From contig NJBH01000001.1 in assembly GCA_005223125.1 (NCBI GenBank), positions 32,001 to 96,000 of the forward strand: DNA of 64,000 nt, given 5' to 3'. The notes beneath the pieces are model-generated. The model was given only the letters and a program-made list of their open reading frames with translations. It made no database searches and had not been told where the DNA came from. The DNA is from Promethearchaeota archaeon Loki_b32. Lineage in GTDB: Archaea > Asgardarchaeota > Lokiarchaeia > Sigyniarchaeales > SOKP01. The position numbers were made by a program, and so were the translations under genes. Shown here one piece after another: positions 10,957 through 20,758 of the stretch (position 1 is its first letter; the number at the start of each line of letters is the position of its first letter).

Positions 10957-12792
10957 GAGAGTATTTTTAAATCTATAAATTAATCTCATTTTTAAAGATT
11001 TTAAATCTTATTCCGACTAAATTTCTAGATATCTTCATTTAAATTTTGTCGCAAAAATGGAAAAACTAGCTTCGAATTAATGTGAAATCTAATAAATGTT
11101 AATAGTTTCGTATTAGTTCTTTTAGAATTGGATTTCACAGAATGAATTAGGTTTCATAATCAGTGAAAATTATATATAATAGGCATTAAATGAACCAAAA
11201 CATTTAAATTGGGTTTAAGATTATTACTCATAAAACATCGAGGAAAACAATTGATTGTTTTAAAATATAAAAATTATAATTCGTTTGCCCAAATGCAAAT
11301 TACAGATTATATATTTAAGATAGAGAAACAGATATTTGTGATGAGAATCCCGAAAGATTACAGGACAGCGATGAAACTCATAAATAGCGTCCCTCGAAAA
11401 CCAAAGCAAAAGCGCGGTAGAAAGAAAGATATTACGAAATTGTTCTATAAGATTGACCATTTTATTAAAAAGGGTGATTTATCAGCGATTAAGCCTCAAT
11501 ATCTTAGGAGATTTCGAGATGTAGCGGTTGTACCCGAGTCAGAGATAACTTATAAGGGAATTAGTCAGGTTGAAAAACTGATGCTGAAAGCCCTTTCTGG
11601 CTTTACCGGCTTTTTTGAACACATTATAAATTGTAATAATTTCACTTATTTTGATGATTTACAAGGAAAGCTAGAAATAAAAGGGATTTCTTTTAGAGAG
11701 CGATTCTTACACGATATAATCATTATTGAACTGTCCCGCATTCACATAGGAATTGATAATTACACGTCCTACATGAATGCAATTAGATATTTTCAAGCTA
11801 ATTACCTTAAAACCGTACTTCACGACCCCTCCTACTTTCCTGATGTATCTATAGTAAGCCATGCATTAAGAGCCATTCCCTTAGAAACATTAAGGCAGTT
11901 TTTCCTTGAATTGCTTGAAGAGACATACGAGTATAAGATAATAAAAAATAGAATATTGATTTGGGATGCACAATTCGTTCATTCTAATAGTAGCGATCAA
12001 TTCAACAAAGAAAAAGATTCTTATAACGATCCAGATGCGGGATTTTGTAGACATCAAGGAAAAAGCTATGGTGTGGGATATAAAGTGTCTACAATTTACG
12101 CCTATTGTGGCAATCGTTCCGTTCCAATCTATTGCGAGTTATTTTCGGGCAATACTAGCGAACATACGGTTTTTAAAGAGACATTTAAGCATTTTTTTGC
12201 ATTAGGTTTCGAGAGTCCCTTGATAATTCTAGCTGACGCCGGTCCTTATTCCATCGAGATTTTAAAGTGGATTTTTGAAATGGGTATAATTCCTTTGATA
12301 AATTCAAAAAAGTCCATAAAAAATCAAAATATAATGAAACTCAATGACAATTTCTACGTTAACATGGATTTCATTCCTTCTGATTGGGCAAAGGAAGATT
12401 TAATCCTAATGATGAATATTAGATCTGAAATTGAGCGCCAATTTTCTCATAATATAGTTATATATCACGCTAGACGAGCAAACGTGCGTGGGTTAGAAAT
12501 GGTTTCAAAGCATCGTTATTTAATTTTGATATTAGATCTTCTCAAAATTAATACGGCTTACAAGCTTGGAAGACCTGACATGATTGGTAAAACTCGCGTC
12601 TTTACAATGACAAAAGGCGTTGATTTTTATTCAATATTTCCTGAAATTGCGAAAGAAGATGGGTTTCAGATCCTTTTACCGGAATATTCGCGAAATCCGA
12701 CATTTTTAAGAATGGGATAATCACGATTTTAGTCGGAGTAAGATTTAAAATCTTTAAAAATGAGATTAATTTATAGATTTAAAAATACTCTC
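10957..12792. mobile_element. IS element (IS4/IS5-superfamily DDE) with long inverted ends
   Basis: 10957-11021 is the reverse complement of 12728-12792 at 64/65; encloses the transposase. Confidence 0.85.
11209..12720 (+). CDS. DDE transposase (true start possibly ATG 11341)
   Basis: LIWDAQF, DPDAGF, GYKV, LADAGPYS, RSEIERQFS give a D-D-E triad. Confidence 0.85.
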   Translation: MGLRLLLIKHRGKQLIVLKYKNYNSFAQMQITDYIFKIEKQIFVMRIPKDYRTAMKLINSVPRKPKQKRGRKKDITKLFYKIDHFIKKGDLSAIKPQYLRRFRDVAVVPESEITYKGISQVEKLMLKALSGFTGFFEHIINCNNFTYFDDLQGKLEIKGISFRERFLHDIIIIELSRIHIGIDNYTSYMNAIRYFQANYLKTVLHDPSYFPDVSIVSHALRAIPLETLRQFFLELLEETYEYKIIKNRILIWDAQFVHSNSSDQFNKEKDSYNDPDAGFCRHQGKSYGVGYKVSTIYAYCGNRSVPIYCELFSGNTSEHTVFKETFKHFFALGFESPLIILADAGPYSIEILKWIFEMGIIPLINSKKSIKNQNIMKLNDNFYVNMDFIPSDWAKEDLILMMNIRSEIERQFSHNIVIYHARRANVRGLEMVSKHRYLILILDLLKINTAYKLGRPDMIGKTRVFTMTKGVDFYSIFPEIAKEDGFQILLPEYSRNPTFLRMG

Positions 12793-12874
12793 ATTAATTT
12801 ATAAAGTTAAAGATTAAAAAGAATCGAAAGATAGGTGATTATTTCTTAAAATATATAATTATTGTAATCATTTG

Positions 12875-12908
12875 ATTTAAATTCCTTTATGCCATGTGAA
12901 AAAACGGC
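12875..12908. repeat. 34-bp direct repeat, copy 1 (copy 2 at 19303-19336)
   Basis: ATTTAAATTCCTTTATG(C/T)CATGTGAAAAA(A/G)CGGC, 32/34 identical. Confidence 0.8.
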
Positions 12909-12990
12909 ATTTTGAACCAGGTCAGCATCCCTCTTCCATATAGGCGTCGCTAGTATTAATAAGAATTTATTGATATTTTATCTTAATTAC

Positions 12991-13488
12991 TTAACTTATT
13001 TTATTACCACAATTCTTACAGAAGTTAGCAGTAGATTTATTTCTCTCTCCACAATATTGGCAGATATAAGATTTAGTTCTTAAGGGGGCATGCGCATCGT
13101 GATTTGTTTGATTTTGTGTAAAGTCAATATTAGTTAAAATTGTCGTATTTATTAATTCACTTAATTTTGCACTTTCTAGTTGACCTGAATCTCTATATTT
13201 AGCCATTGTAATTGTAAATAGATGGTTATCTCTTGTTTCTACAATAACTGTGTAAATTTTTCGATTTTTTATAGCATAAGCTTTTTTAATTGCCGATAAT
13301 GGTATTTTAAAGCCATCAGTATAATTATCAATAGGAGTACCAACTTCTGTAAGGGATATATTCGATTTTTTCATAAATGATAGCTCTTGGTCAGTTAATA
13401 TTATTTTTCCCAATTCCATTTCAAATTGCCAATCTTTTCCTACCTCTCCTTCCCGAAAAAACCCATCCGAAGAAAATATTATTGTCAT
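12991..13488 (-). CDS. PH-like domain plus C-terminal zinc-ribbon protein
   Basis: CQYCG...FCKNCG; GKIILTDQEL beta-rich N-terminal part. Confidence 0.7.
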   Translation of the reverse strand: MTIIFSSDGFFREGEVGKDWQFEMELGKIILTDQELSFMKKSNISLTEVGTPIDNYTDGFKIPLSAIKKAYAIKNRKIYTVIVETRDNHLFTITMAKYRDSGQLESAKLSELINTTILTNIDFTQNQTNHDAHAPLRTKSYICQYCGERNKSTANFCKNCGNKIS

Positions 13489-13729
13489 AATTCTGTTGTT
13501 TTGATTATTCTTTATTTCATAAAAATAAAATCTATCTTAATTTATTCATGGTTTATCTTACTTATATTTGATATATAGTCCAATTTTTTTATTTAAATAG
13601 ATTTTTAAATACAAACTCGATAAGTACATTAAAGCCCTACAAAAAGAAAACAATAAAAATATCTTTTTGAAGAGGTTATGAAAAGAAAATAAATTTTATT
13701 ACAAAACATAAAAAAGTAGGTGTTAACAT

Positions 13730-14266
13730 ACGTCAGAACAATTATTAAACTGTAGAGAATTTGTTCTTAAAGAAAAAATGGTTTCTCTAACAGATAAAGG
13801 AGAAATCTTTAACATGAATAATGAACTTATGGGAACTTTCCGAGGAAAACTAATAAAAATTGGAAATACATACCGAATTAGAGATTTAAATGATACTCCT
13901 GTACTTACAGTCGCTGAAAAAATAATATCTTTACGTTCTTCATATCGTTTCTATAAAGGTGGAGAGAAAGACGATAGTCAATATTTAGGTATCCTTAAGA
14001 GGAAATTAGTCTCAATTAAACCAAAGTATTGGTTTGAAGACCCAAATGCAAATCGTGTTTTCGAGATGAAAGGTAATATATTTACCCTTAAATTCAAAAT
14101 CCTGAAAGATCGAAAAGAAGTTGCCGAAATAAGCAAAAAATTGTGGAAAAGTATACTTAGAGGTTACTATGGTGTAAAAATGAATCCAGATTTGGATGAT
14201 GATTCCGCTATACTAATATTAGGGATCGTTTTAATGCTCCATCACGAGAAAGAAGAAAATAGATAA
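13730..14266 (+). CDS. LURP-one/Tubby C-terminal (scramblase-like) protein
   Basis: Repeated beta motifs; VAEISKKLW...YGVKM...AILILGIV; frame stays open back to ACG 13730, which follows AGGTG. Confidence 0.8.
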   Translation, partial: TSEQLLNCREFVLKEKMVSLTDKGEIFNMNNELMGTFRGKLIKIGNTYRIRDLNDTPVLTVAEKIISLRSSYRFYKGGEKDDSQYLGILKRKLVSIKPKYWFEDPNANRVFEMKGNIFTLKFKILKDRKEVAEISKKLWKSILRGYYGVKMNPDLDDDSAILILGIVLMLHHEKEENR

Positions 14267-14810
14267 AGCGTTATTTCATTTTTAAATTTCTTTTTTTGTT
14301 TTTTTATCCTACGAAAGAAAAAAGCTCCTTGAAATAGTTTCAGGGCGTATTTTCAACTCCAAAGAGAAATAATTTCCTTGACTATTTCTATTTATTTCTT
14401 CTTTTTAAAATAATTGCTAAAGTATAAAATTCCTATTAAGCGTATTTTTTTTTCGCTTTCTATTTTAAGTTTTAAAAATCATTGAAGATCTTATTAAAAG
14501 AAAGTATAACAAAAAATATCATGATGAGAAATGGGATAGATTCATTTACAAATAAAACTTGATTAAAGAGATTGAAACAAAAGGATTTATTGAATTAGCA
14601 TTTCAATATTTCTACTAAGGAAAATTTTATATTCAATATTTTCGACGATATGAACAATTACTTTTCGAAAATTAGGAGATTTGGAGATTAACGGGATATT
14701 CAAATTCATTTAACAATGATTGAGAATGAGAATAGTTGGAATCAATTACTTCAATAGTTAGTTGTTTTTATAATTTTTTAAGAATAAGAAAATTAGATAC
14801 TTATTGCGTA

Positions 14811-14996
14811 TTATAAAATTAACTCAAGTCCTTCTTATTCTAACTTCTTTACGTTTTCTGGTATTGTTATCCAGTGATTGGCTTTTAAGTTTAAAGATTT
14901 AAGTGAGTGTAGGTTTTCTATAGTTTTAGGTATACTGCTTAACTTATTATTGCTTAAATTTAAGGTTTTTAGCATCAACATATCTCCAATGTTTTT
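14811..14996 (-). pseudogene. Leucine-rich-repeat gene, 3' remnant
   Basis: IGDMLMLKTLNLSNNKLSSIPKTIENLHSLKSLNLKANHWITIPENVKKLE*EGLELIL*. Confidence 0.8.
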
Positions 14997-15011
14997 GAAT
15001 CCAATTGTCGT

Positions 15012-15135
15012 AGAACAATAGGGGTTGGCTTCGAGACAAAAGATATAGATGTAGATAGCAGAGAAGAAAAATTAATGATCTGGGATTTTAGGGGGAAAAA
15101 GGTTTCGTTTTATGTTTCCTCAATATATTTATGGA
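15012..15135 (+). pseudogene. Rab-like small GTPase remnant (G2-G3)
   Basis: RTIGVGFETKDIDVDSREEKLMIWDF..(frameshift)..RFRFMFPQYIYG. Confidence 0.75.
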
Positions 15136-15232
15136 AATAACATTTTCGATGGCGGAGTAGAAGCTAATCTACAATGAGTTTAGACTCTATAACACAGGTT
15201 GGGAGATTAAAAGAGAAATAACGATTATATAA

Positions 15233-15634
15233 TTAATCCAAAGGAAAAATGTTATTTTTAACTTCTTTTATATCTTTAAGCCCATGATCTGTAGAATAAA
15301 TTACTAAATTATTTAGATCTGCACATCCACTTATATAAGCATCTACTAGTGATAATAATTGAGGATATTTACATTTAAAAATTCCAGATCTTATTGTTAA
15401 TTGGTCATTTATATCAAGAATTTTTATTTTACTGTTTCTAAGAGAAATATTTCTAATTTGGGCGGTTTCTTTGCCTAATTTTTCACATGTCTTATAAAAA
15501 TTCTCACATAAATTTAATTCTAATGTAAATGCTTTAATGGTTTCATTTTTTATTTGGTTGAAAATCTTTTTGATGGTTTGATTACCACTAAAAAATAATT
15601 CAAAAATCCCTGTATCTAAAAATATACTTTTCAT
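15233..15634 (-). CDS. vapC: VapC PIN-domain toxin
   Basis: IFLDTG...E...LSLVDAY...YSTDHG. Confidence 0.88.
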   Translation of the reverse strand: MKSIFLDTGIFELFFSGNQTIKKIFNQIKNETIKAFTLELNLCENFYKTCEKLGKETAQIRNISLRNSKIKILDINDQLTIRSGIFKCKYPQLLSLVDAYISGCADLNNLVIYSTDHGLKDIKEVKNNIFPLD

Positions 15635-15656
15635 AATTTATTTATAATTCTCATTT

Positions 15657-15917
15657 TCATTTTTTCTCAGTTTCCTTTATTCTTTCTTTTCTTCTATCTT
15701 CATGTATTTCTCGTATCATTTCATAACCTAATTCTTTAGAATCAACTCCAAATAAATCTTCTAATTCTATGATTGGAATATATAATAATCCTAGTTTATG
15801 TTCTTTAACGATGAGTTTAGACCCATCTTTTATATTTAATTTTTTCCTTAATTTTGAAGGAATTGTAACCATTCCTCGACTTGTAACTGTTACTTCGTTT
15901 TTCATTTTTATCATCAA
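15657..15917 (-). CDS. AbrB/MazE-family antitoxin
   Basis: VTSRGMVTIPSKLRKKLNIKDG; upstream of a PIN toxin. Confidence 0.9.
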   Translation of the reverse strand: MMIKMKNEVTVTSRGMVTIPSKLRKKLNIKDGSKLIVKEHKLGLLYIPIIELEDLFGVDSKELGYEMIREIHEDRRKERIKETEKK

Positions 15918-16126
15918 TTAAAATTATAATTTACTTGTATTTATAATATTTTTCATGTTTAAAAAAGTTTTTCATGAATAAAATTATAAAATAATGCAAA
16001 TATAATTTTTGTATTATAAAAATCCTATGCTAAAAATTAGATTTAAGAATAAAGAGGAAAAATGGTATACAATAAAAATTACGAATGAGGGCTATCCCTA
16101 GTTATATAATATATTGACAAATCTGT

Positions 16127-16275
16127 TTATTATTATTTAAATTTAGGTTTTTTAGCATCAATATTTCTCCAATTGAATCTGGAATTTTATCAAATTGTTT
16201 GAGCTAACGTTTAGATTCTTCAATTTAAAAAGCAGTCCTCTCGCATTTGGAAATGTTTCAATGTTATTGAAAAGT
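16127..16275 (-). pseudogene. Leucine-rich-repeat gene remnant
   Basis: FNNIETFPNARGLLFKLKNLNVSSNNL(frameshift)KIPDSIGEILMLKNLNLNNN. Confidence 0.7.
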
Positions 16276-16395
16276 AAAAAAATTATGATAATCGAACCAA
16301 AAGATCTGATTCCCATTTTTGCTTCATACTTTTAATTTTGTGACATAGAAGATATTTATAAATTTATAAATATAATTTACTTTTATATTTCTATA

Positions 16396-16629
16396 ATGAC
16401 ACAAAAAACTATTTCATTACCTGAAGATGTATACAATGCGTTAAAAAAACAAAAGCGTAAAGGAGAATCCTTTTCTGAACTCATCAGCCGGTTATTACAC
16501 GAAAAACATGCGAGAGAGAGAAATCTAGAAAAACTTGCGGGTAGTTTAAAAGAGGATGATGAGTGGGATCGCATTTTGGAGGATATTTACGAAGATCGTA
16601 AAAAACCAGCACGATTCAAGGGAGAATAG
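16396..16629 (+). CDS. vapB: VapB-type archaeal antitoxin
   Basis: KTISLPEDVYNALKKQKRKGESFSELISRL. Confidence 0.9.
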   Translation: MTQKTISLPEDVYNALKKQKRKGESFSELISRLLHEKHARERNLEKLAGSLKEDDEWDRILEDIYEDRKKPARFKGE

Positions 16630-16632
16630 ATA

Positions 16633-17061
16633 ATGGGAGTACTTGATTCAGACTTAATTATTGCTTTTTTAAGGGGTAGAGATAATGCGTATGAAGTTTT
16701 TCAGGATTTGAAAAAGCAACAAGAAAGCTTAAAAACAACGGTATTTAATGTTGCAGAATTATATAAAGGATGTTACGCTATGAGGAATGTCGCAAAAGGT
16801 TTACTAAAAGTTAGAAATCTTATTGAATCACTTAATGATATTTTAGATTTTAATGAAAAAGCAATTCAAGAGTATGCAAAAATTTCAGCAGATTTAAAGA
16901 AGAGAGGAAGTCCCATTGGGACCATGGATGAATTAATTGCTAGTATATGTCTTGCAAATAATGAAATCTTCTATACGAGAAATAAAGATCATTTTGAAAA
17001 GATAGAACAGCTTTCTATAGTAAATTGGTATGAAATGGGTGAAAAGCTAAAAATGAAATAA
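16633..17061 (+). CDS. vapC: VapC PIN-domain toxin
   Basis: VLDSD...AELYKG...GTMDELIASI...TRNKDHF. Confidence 0.92.
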   Translation: MGVLDSDLIIAFLRGRDNAYEVFQDLKKQQESLKTTVFNVAELYKGCYAMRNVAKGLLKVRNLIESLNDILDFNEKAIQEYAKISADLKKRGSPIGTMDELIASICLANNEIFYTRNKDHFEKIEQLSIVNWYEMGEKLKMK

Positions 17062-17404
17062 AATATAATTAATTTATGGAATGTAGAAAGGATAATCTCT
17101 GCTGGTTGATGTGTCTCAGAATTTGAACATGAATGAGTTAACTAAATCCAATGGAGATCTTATATCACTAATACCCATATAGAACCTGCTGAAAAACTTA
17201 TCTACGGAAAAGCATAGATTTTTTGCTCACAATGAATCATTATCAATTTTGAAATTTAAATTTGAGATTTATAATGGCAATAAAAATTAGCATTTTAATT
17301 CGAAATAGTTCTAAACATTCTCTTTCTTTATTTTAGCATTGACAGTTCCTATACTTTCAATAAATTCTAGAGCTCAAACAACTCAAAGGTTATATCTGAA
17401 TAAT

Positions 17405-18415
17405 TTAATTAAAAAGTGAATTATTATATCTTTGGAGAATCTCCCATTTTCCTTCTTTTCTAATTGTGGCGACTTGATGGGTTTTCATAACTTCTAAAAT
17501 CTCATTAATACCACATTTTTCAGCAGAATAAGTACATAAGACAATCATCCGATAGTTTCCTACAACGTTATTAATTTCTTCTTCATAATCAGAAAAATCT
17601 TTCCATTCCTTTTTTTCAATCCATGCAGTATTGCCTGTTACTCTGATACCATTAAAACCTTGGGATATTGCATAATTATATTTTTGAACCCATCCATCGA
17701 GAACTCTTTGGAACTTGAATTCTCCATCTTTAAAGTACCATTCTGTATAAGGAAAGATTTCTATTTGCCCTTTTTTCAAGAATTCATTATAATTTTTTAT
17801 TTCAGATTTTAATTTCTTTTTAGCTTCTTTCTCATTAAGATCTTCTGAAGTAATCCAGACACAAAACTGATTATCTTCTAACCCTTTTTTGATATAGGGT
17901 ATTAGTATGTCCATGAGATCTTCTTTTTTTTGGTAAAAATAACAGATATGCGTCCCCCATGGAAAATTGTAATTTAAATTAATATCTAATTGTATCCCCT
18001 TTATATCCTTTATAGCTTGGTAATATTTAAGTAAAATTTCTTTTATTTTAAGAAATTTAGCAGCACTCTCCTCAGAAGATTTATAGAGCCCCTTATATAA
18101 ATTCTTAATATTTTTAAGTTCTTCTTTAAATTCTTTTAAAATCGATTGGAAAATTTTTGGAGATATCTGTTCATTGATAATTACCACAGAAATCATAAGA
18201 TCTTCATATTCCGTCCTCTCCATTTTACTTGGTACTGTAAATTTTAAATTAGCTGTTTTAAAAGTTTCATTGTCATAAATAAAGAAATCTTTTTCATGTA
18301 AATATAGATGCTTAGGAATAGTTTTAAGGCCATTAAAGACAAAAGCTTCTGGGATTTTCAAAAAGTTTATAGGTCCTTTAAAAATATTAAAATGACTGAG
18401 AATTAATACTCTCAA
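17405..18415 (-). CDS. MEDS sensory-domain protein with Asgard-type N-terminal domain
   Basis: WGTHICYFY...GIRVTGNTAW...YEEEIN...VLCTY...THQ is typical of MEDS. Confidence 0.85.
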   Translation of the reverse strand: MRVLILSHFNIFKGPINFLKIPEAFVFNGLKTIPKHLYLHEKDFFIYDNETFKTANLKFTVPSKMERTEYEDLMISVVIINEQISPKIFQSILKEFKEELKNIKNLYKGLYKSSEESAAKFLKIKEILLKYYQAIKDIKGIQLDINLNYNFPWGTHICYFYQKKEDLMDILIPYIKKGLEDNQFCVWITSEDLNEKEAKKKLKSEIKNYNEFLKKGQIEIFPYTEWYFKDGEFKFQRVLDGWVQKYNYAISQGFNGIRVTGNTAWIEKKEWKDFSDYEEEINNVVGNYRMIVLCTYSAEKCGINEILEVMKTHQVATIRKEGKWEILQRYNNSLFN

Positions 18416-18526
18416 ATTTGGTCTATCTTTTGGATAATTTCTTATATGATTATGGAATTATTAAATAAATTATTTTTTTAGTATTTAATAATTTACTTTT
18501 ATTCGGCACAAATTTGGGTTGTTGGT

Positions 18527-18670
18527 ATGACAAACTTATTTCATTCTTATTCTGATTTCTCATTCTATTTAATAATAATATTGGTTGTAGTTGCCGTAAT
18601 AGCAGTAATTTCAAGTGTGGTTTATTTAAAGATTTTCAGACCAAGGAAAGGAATAAAAGAGGGCCCCTAA
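18527..18670 (+). CDS. 47-aa single-TM peptide, possibly the anchor remnant of a surface protein
   Basis: MTNLFHSYSDFSFYLIIILVVVAVIAVISSVVYLKIFRPRKGIKEGP. Confidence 0.35.
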   Translation: MTNLFHSYSDFSFYLIIILVVVAVIAVISSVVYLKIFRPRKGIKEGP

Positions 18671-18677
18671 TTGAGCT

Positions 18678-19208
18678 TTAAAGGTTCAAAATAAATTCTC
18701 CAGAACATTTTTCGCGAGAATTTAGTAGGCACGTATCGATTTCAGGCTCGATTGTATGGTTAATTCCCAGAGCATCCAACCAGCAACTAACGCGAAATAT
18801 CACACCACATTCATATTGTTTGCTAACTCCAATCATTTCCATGCCTTTGTAGGCAAAGCATCGGTTCATTTCCCAATGTATCCGATTTTTTTCAGGGAAG
18901 GTATACTCAAAGTCCATAAAATCCCCTTTTAATATGCTAAAAGCATTACTAATAAAATCTTTTAACTGCTCAAAAGTTTTAGTTTTAACTTTCTCTAATC
19001 CCATTGCCTTTTTTATTCTTTGCATTTCAATTACTGAAAGAGTTTTAATAGCCGCTTTATTTAGTCTATTAGCGGCATCAATACCTAATTCACGGGCACA
19101 GTTATAAAACCATGAACCATCGTGAGTCATCCAACATTTAACAAGAAGTTCTTTTAATTGATTTTTATCAAGTTGATCAAATAACGTCATTACCATAATA
19201 ATTATCAT
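18678..19208 (-). CDS. DUF6125 / ATC-hydrolase-like protein
   Basis: WMTHDGSWF; C...YECG; terminal C-x6-C. Confidence 0.7.
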   Translation of the reverse strand: MIIIMVMTLFDQLDKNQLKELLVKCWMTHDGSWFYNCARELGIDAANRLNKAAIKTLSVIEMQRIKKAMGLEKVKTKTFEQLKDFISNAFSILKGDFMDFEYTFPEKNRIHWEMNRCFAYKGMEMIGVSKQYECGVIFRVSCWLDALGINHTIEPEIDTCLLNSREKCSGEFILNL

Positions 19209-19302
19209 GTTGATTATATTTAAAAAAGTTAGAAGTAATCGAACTTATTCTACATTTTTTTTGGAAGAATACCCCAAATGAATAAGTCTATTGGAAATAA
19301 TT

Positions 19303-19336
19303 ATTTAAATTCCTTTATGTCATGTGAAAAAGCGGC
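19303..19336. repeat. 34-bp direct repeat, copy 2
   Basis: See 12875-12908. Confidence 0.8.
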
Positions 19337-19484
19337 TGAACTGTGAGATTTATAAGAGTGTATTGATTTTTTTTATGTAGGGTAGAGAGATTTAGATTAA
19401 TAAATTAACTTTTTATAAAAAAGAATGTAAGTTTAGTATGTAATTCAGGAAATTTAACTTCTCAAAAGTGGGTTTTTTTATCAA

Positions 19485-20624
19485 ATGGCGGAATATGATT
19501 TTACCTTTAAAATAGTACTTGTTGGTGATGCGTCTGAAGGAAAATCATATTTTGCGAGGAGTTTTTGCTATAATATCTTTAATAGTGATACAAGAATGAC
19601 TATTGGAGTAGATTTTTTTGTTAGAAGTATAAACATGCTTGGAAAAAATATTAAATTTCAAATATGGGACATGGGGGCCGAGGAAAGATTTAGATTTTTG
19701 GTTCCAACATATTGTAGAGGCGCCAGTGGTGGTATAATAGTATACGATATCAAAAACGCTAATTCTTTAGCACATATTCTTGAAAATGTTCAGATAATAA
19801 GACGAGAAGCTGGAGACGTTCCAATAGTAATAATCGGAACTAAATGTGTAGAAGATGATAAAGAACCTTCAAGAGATCAAGGAACACAAATAGATGAATC
19901 AGAAGATCGACAAAAAGTTGAAAAGATCTTTGAGAACTTAGCAGAAACTTTACTTGAAGGAGTTCCCCAAAATATAATAATAGTACCTAAGCCTTTAGAA
20001 TTAATAAAAAGACCCTACATCGATAAATGGCCAGAATTCAGAGTAAATGAACACTTAGTACTTAAATTAGAAAGGAATAGAACTAATATATATGTTGGAG
20101 GGAGATTATTCAATCATTGCAAGTATTTACTATTAAATATTGATCATTATGAATTTAAAGAGTATGATGAGATTGAATCTATCGATGAAACGGCAGAAAA
20201 GCTTGGGGATTCAATGCACGGAATCGGATTCCAAAAGTATCATGTATCTCCTGAAACTGAATTTTGGGGGCATTCTTCAAATATTCAAGCTTGGTATGAA
20301 AATAAGTACGATACCCGTCTATTACACAGAAACTTAGCATTTCCCTTGTTGGAAGCTCTTATAAAAACCGGGGATCTTTTGGCAAAAAAAGTATTAAAAG
20401 AAGAGATTGCGCAGAGACTTGAAAGTGGTTATCCTTCAGTGGTTTTGTACTTGATTAAAGAAAAATATTTGAAATATTTAAGTCAAGAAGAATTGAATAC
20501 AATCTTCGAAAATCCAAAATTTCAAAAGAATTTGTCAAAATGGTTTAAAGATTCCAAACTTATTCCTAGATGGTTGTCTAGAAAAATTAAATCTAAATTA
20601 AAAGATCTGAATTTGTGGAAATAG
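19485..20624 (+). CDS. Rab-like small GTPase fused to a Loki-type C-terminal domain
   Basis: FKIVLVGDASEGKS, TIGVDF, IWDMGAEERFR, YCRGASG, IGTK. Confidence 0.88.
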   Translation: MAEYDFTFKIVLVGDASEGKSYFARSFCYNIFNSDTRMTIGVDFFVRSINMLGKNIKFQIWDMGAEERFRFLVPTYCRGASGGIIVYDIKNANSLAHILENVQIIRREAGDVPIVIIGTKCVEDDKEPSRDQGTQIDESEDRQKVEKIFENLAETLLEGVPQNIIIVPKPLELIKRPYIDKWPEFRVNEHLVLKLERNRTNIYVGGRLFNHCKYLLLNIDHYEFKEYDEIESIDETAEKLGDSMHGIGFQKYHVSPETEFWGHSSNIQAWYENKYDTRLLHRNLAFPLLEALIKTGDLLAKKVLKEEIAQRLESGYPSVVLYLIKEKYLKYLSQEELNTIFENPKFQKNLSKWFKDSKLIPRWLSRKIKSKLKDLNLWK

Positions 20625-20758
20625 ATATATTGTTCTTTATCTATGAATTTTATAATTTTATCATTTCATTTATAACAGAAGAAGAACGGGATTCTATGTT
20701 ATCGCGAGGGAATAAAAAGGAAATATTTAAATGTAAAGTATAGTTAGGAAAAGGTCTC

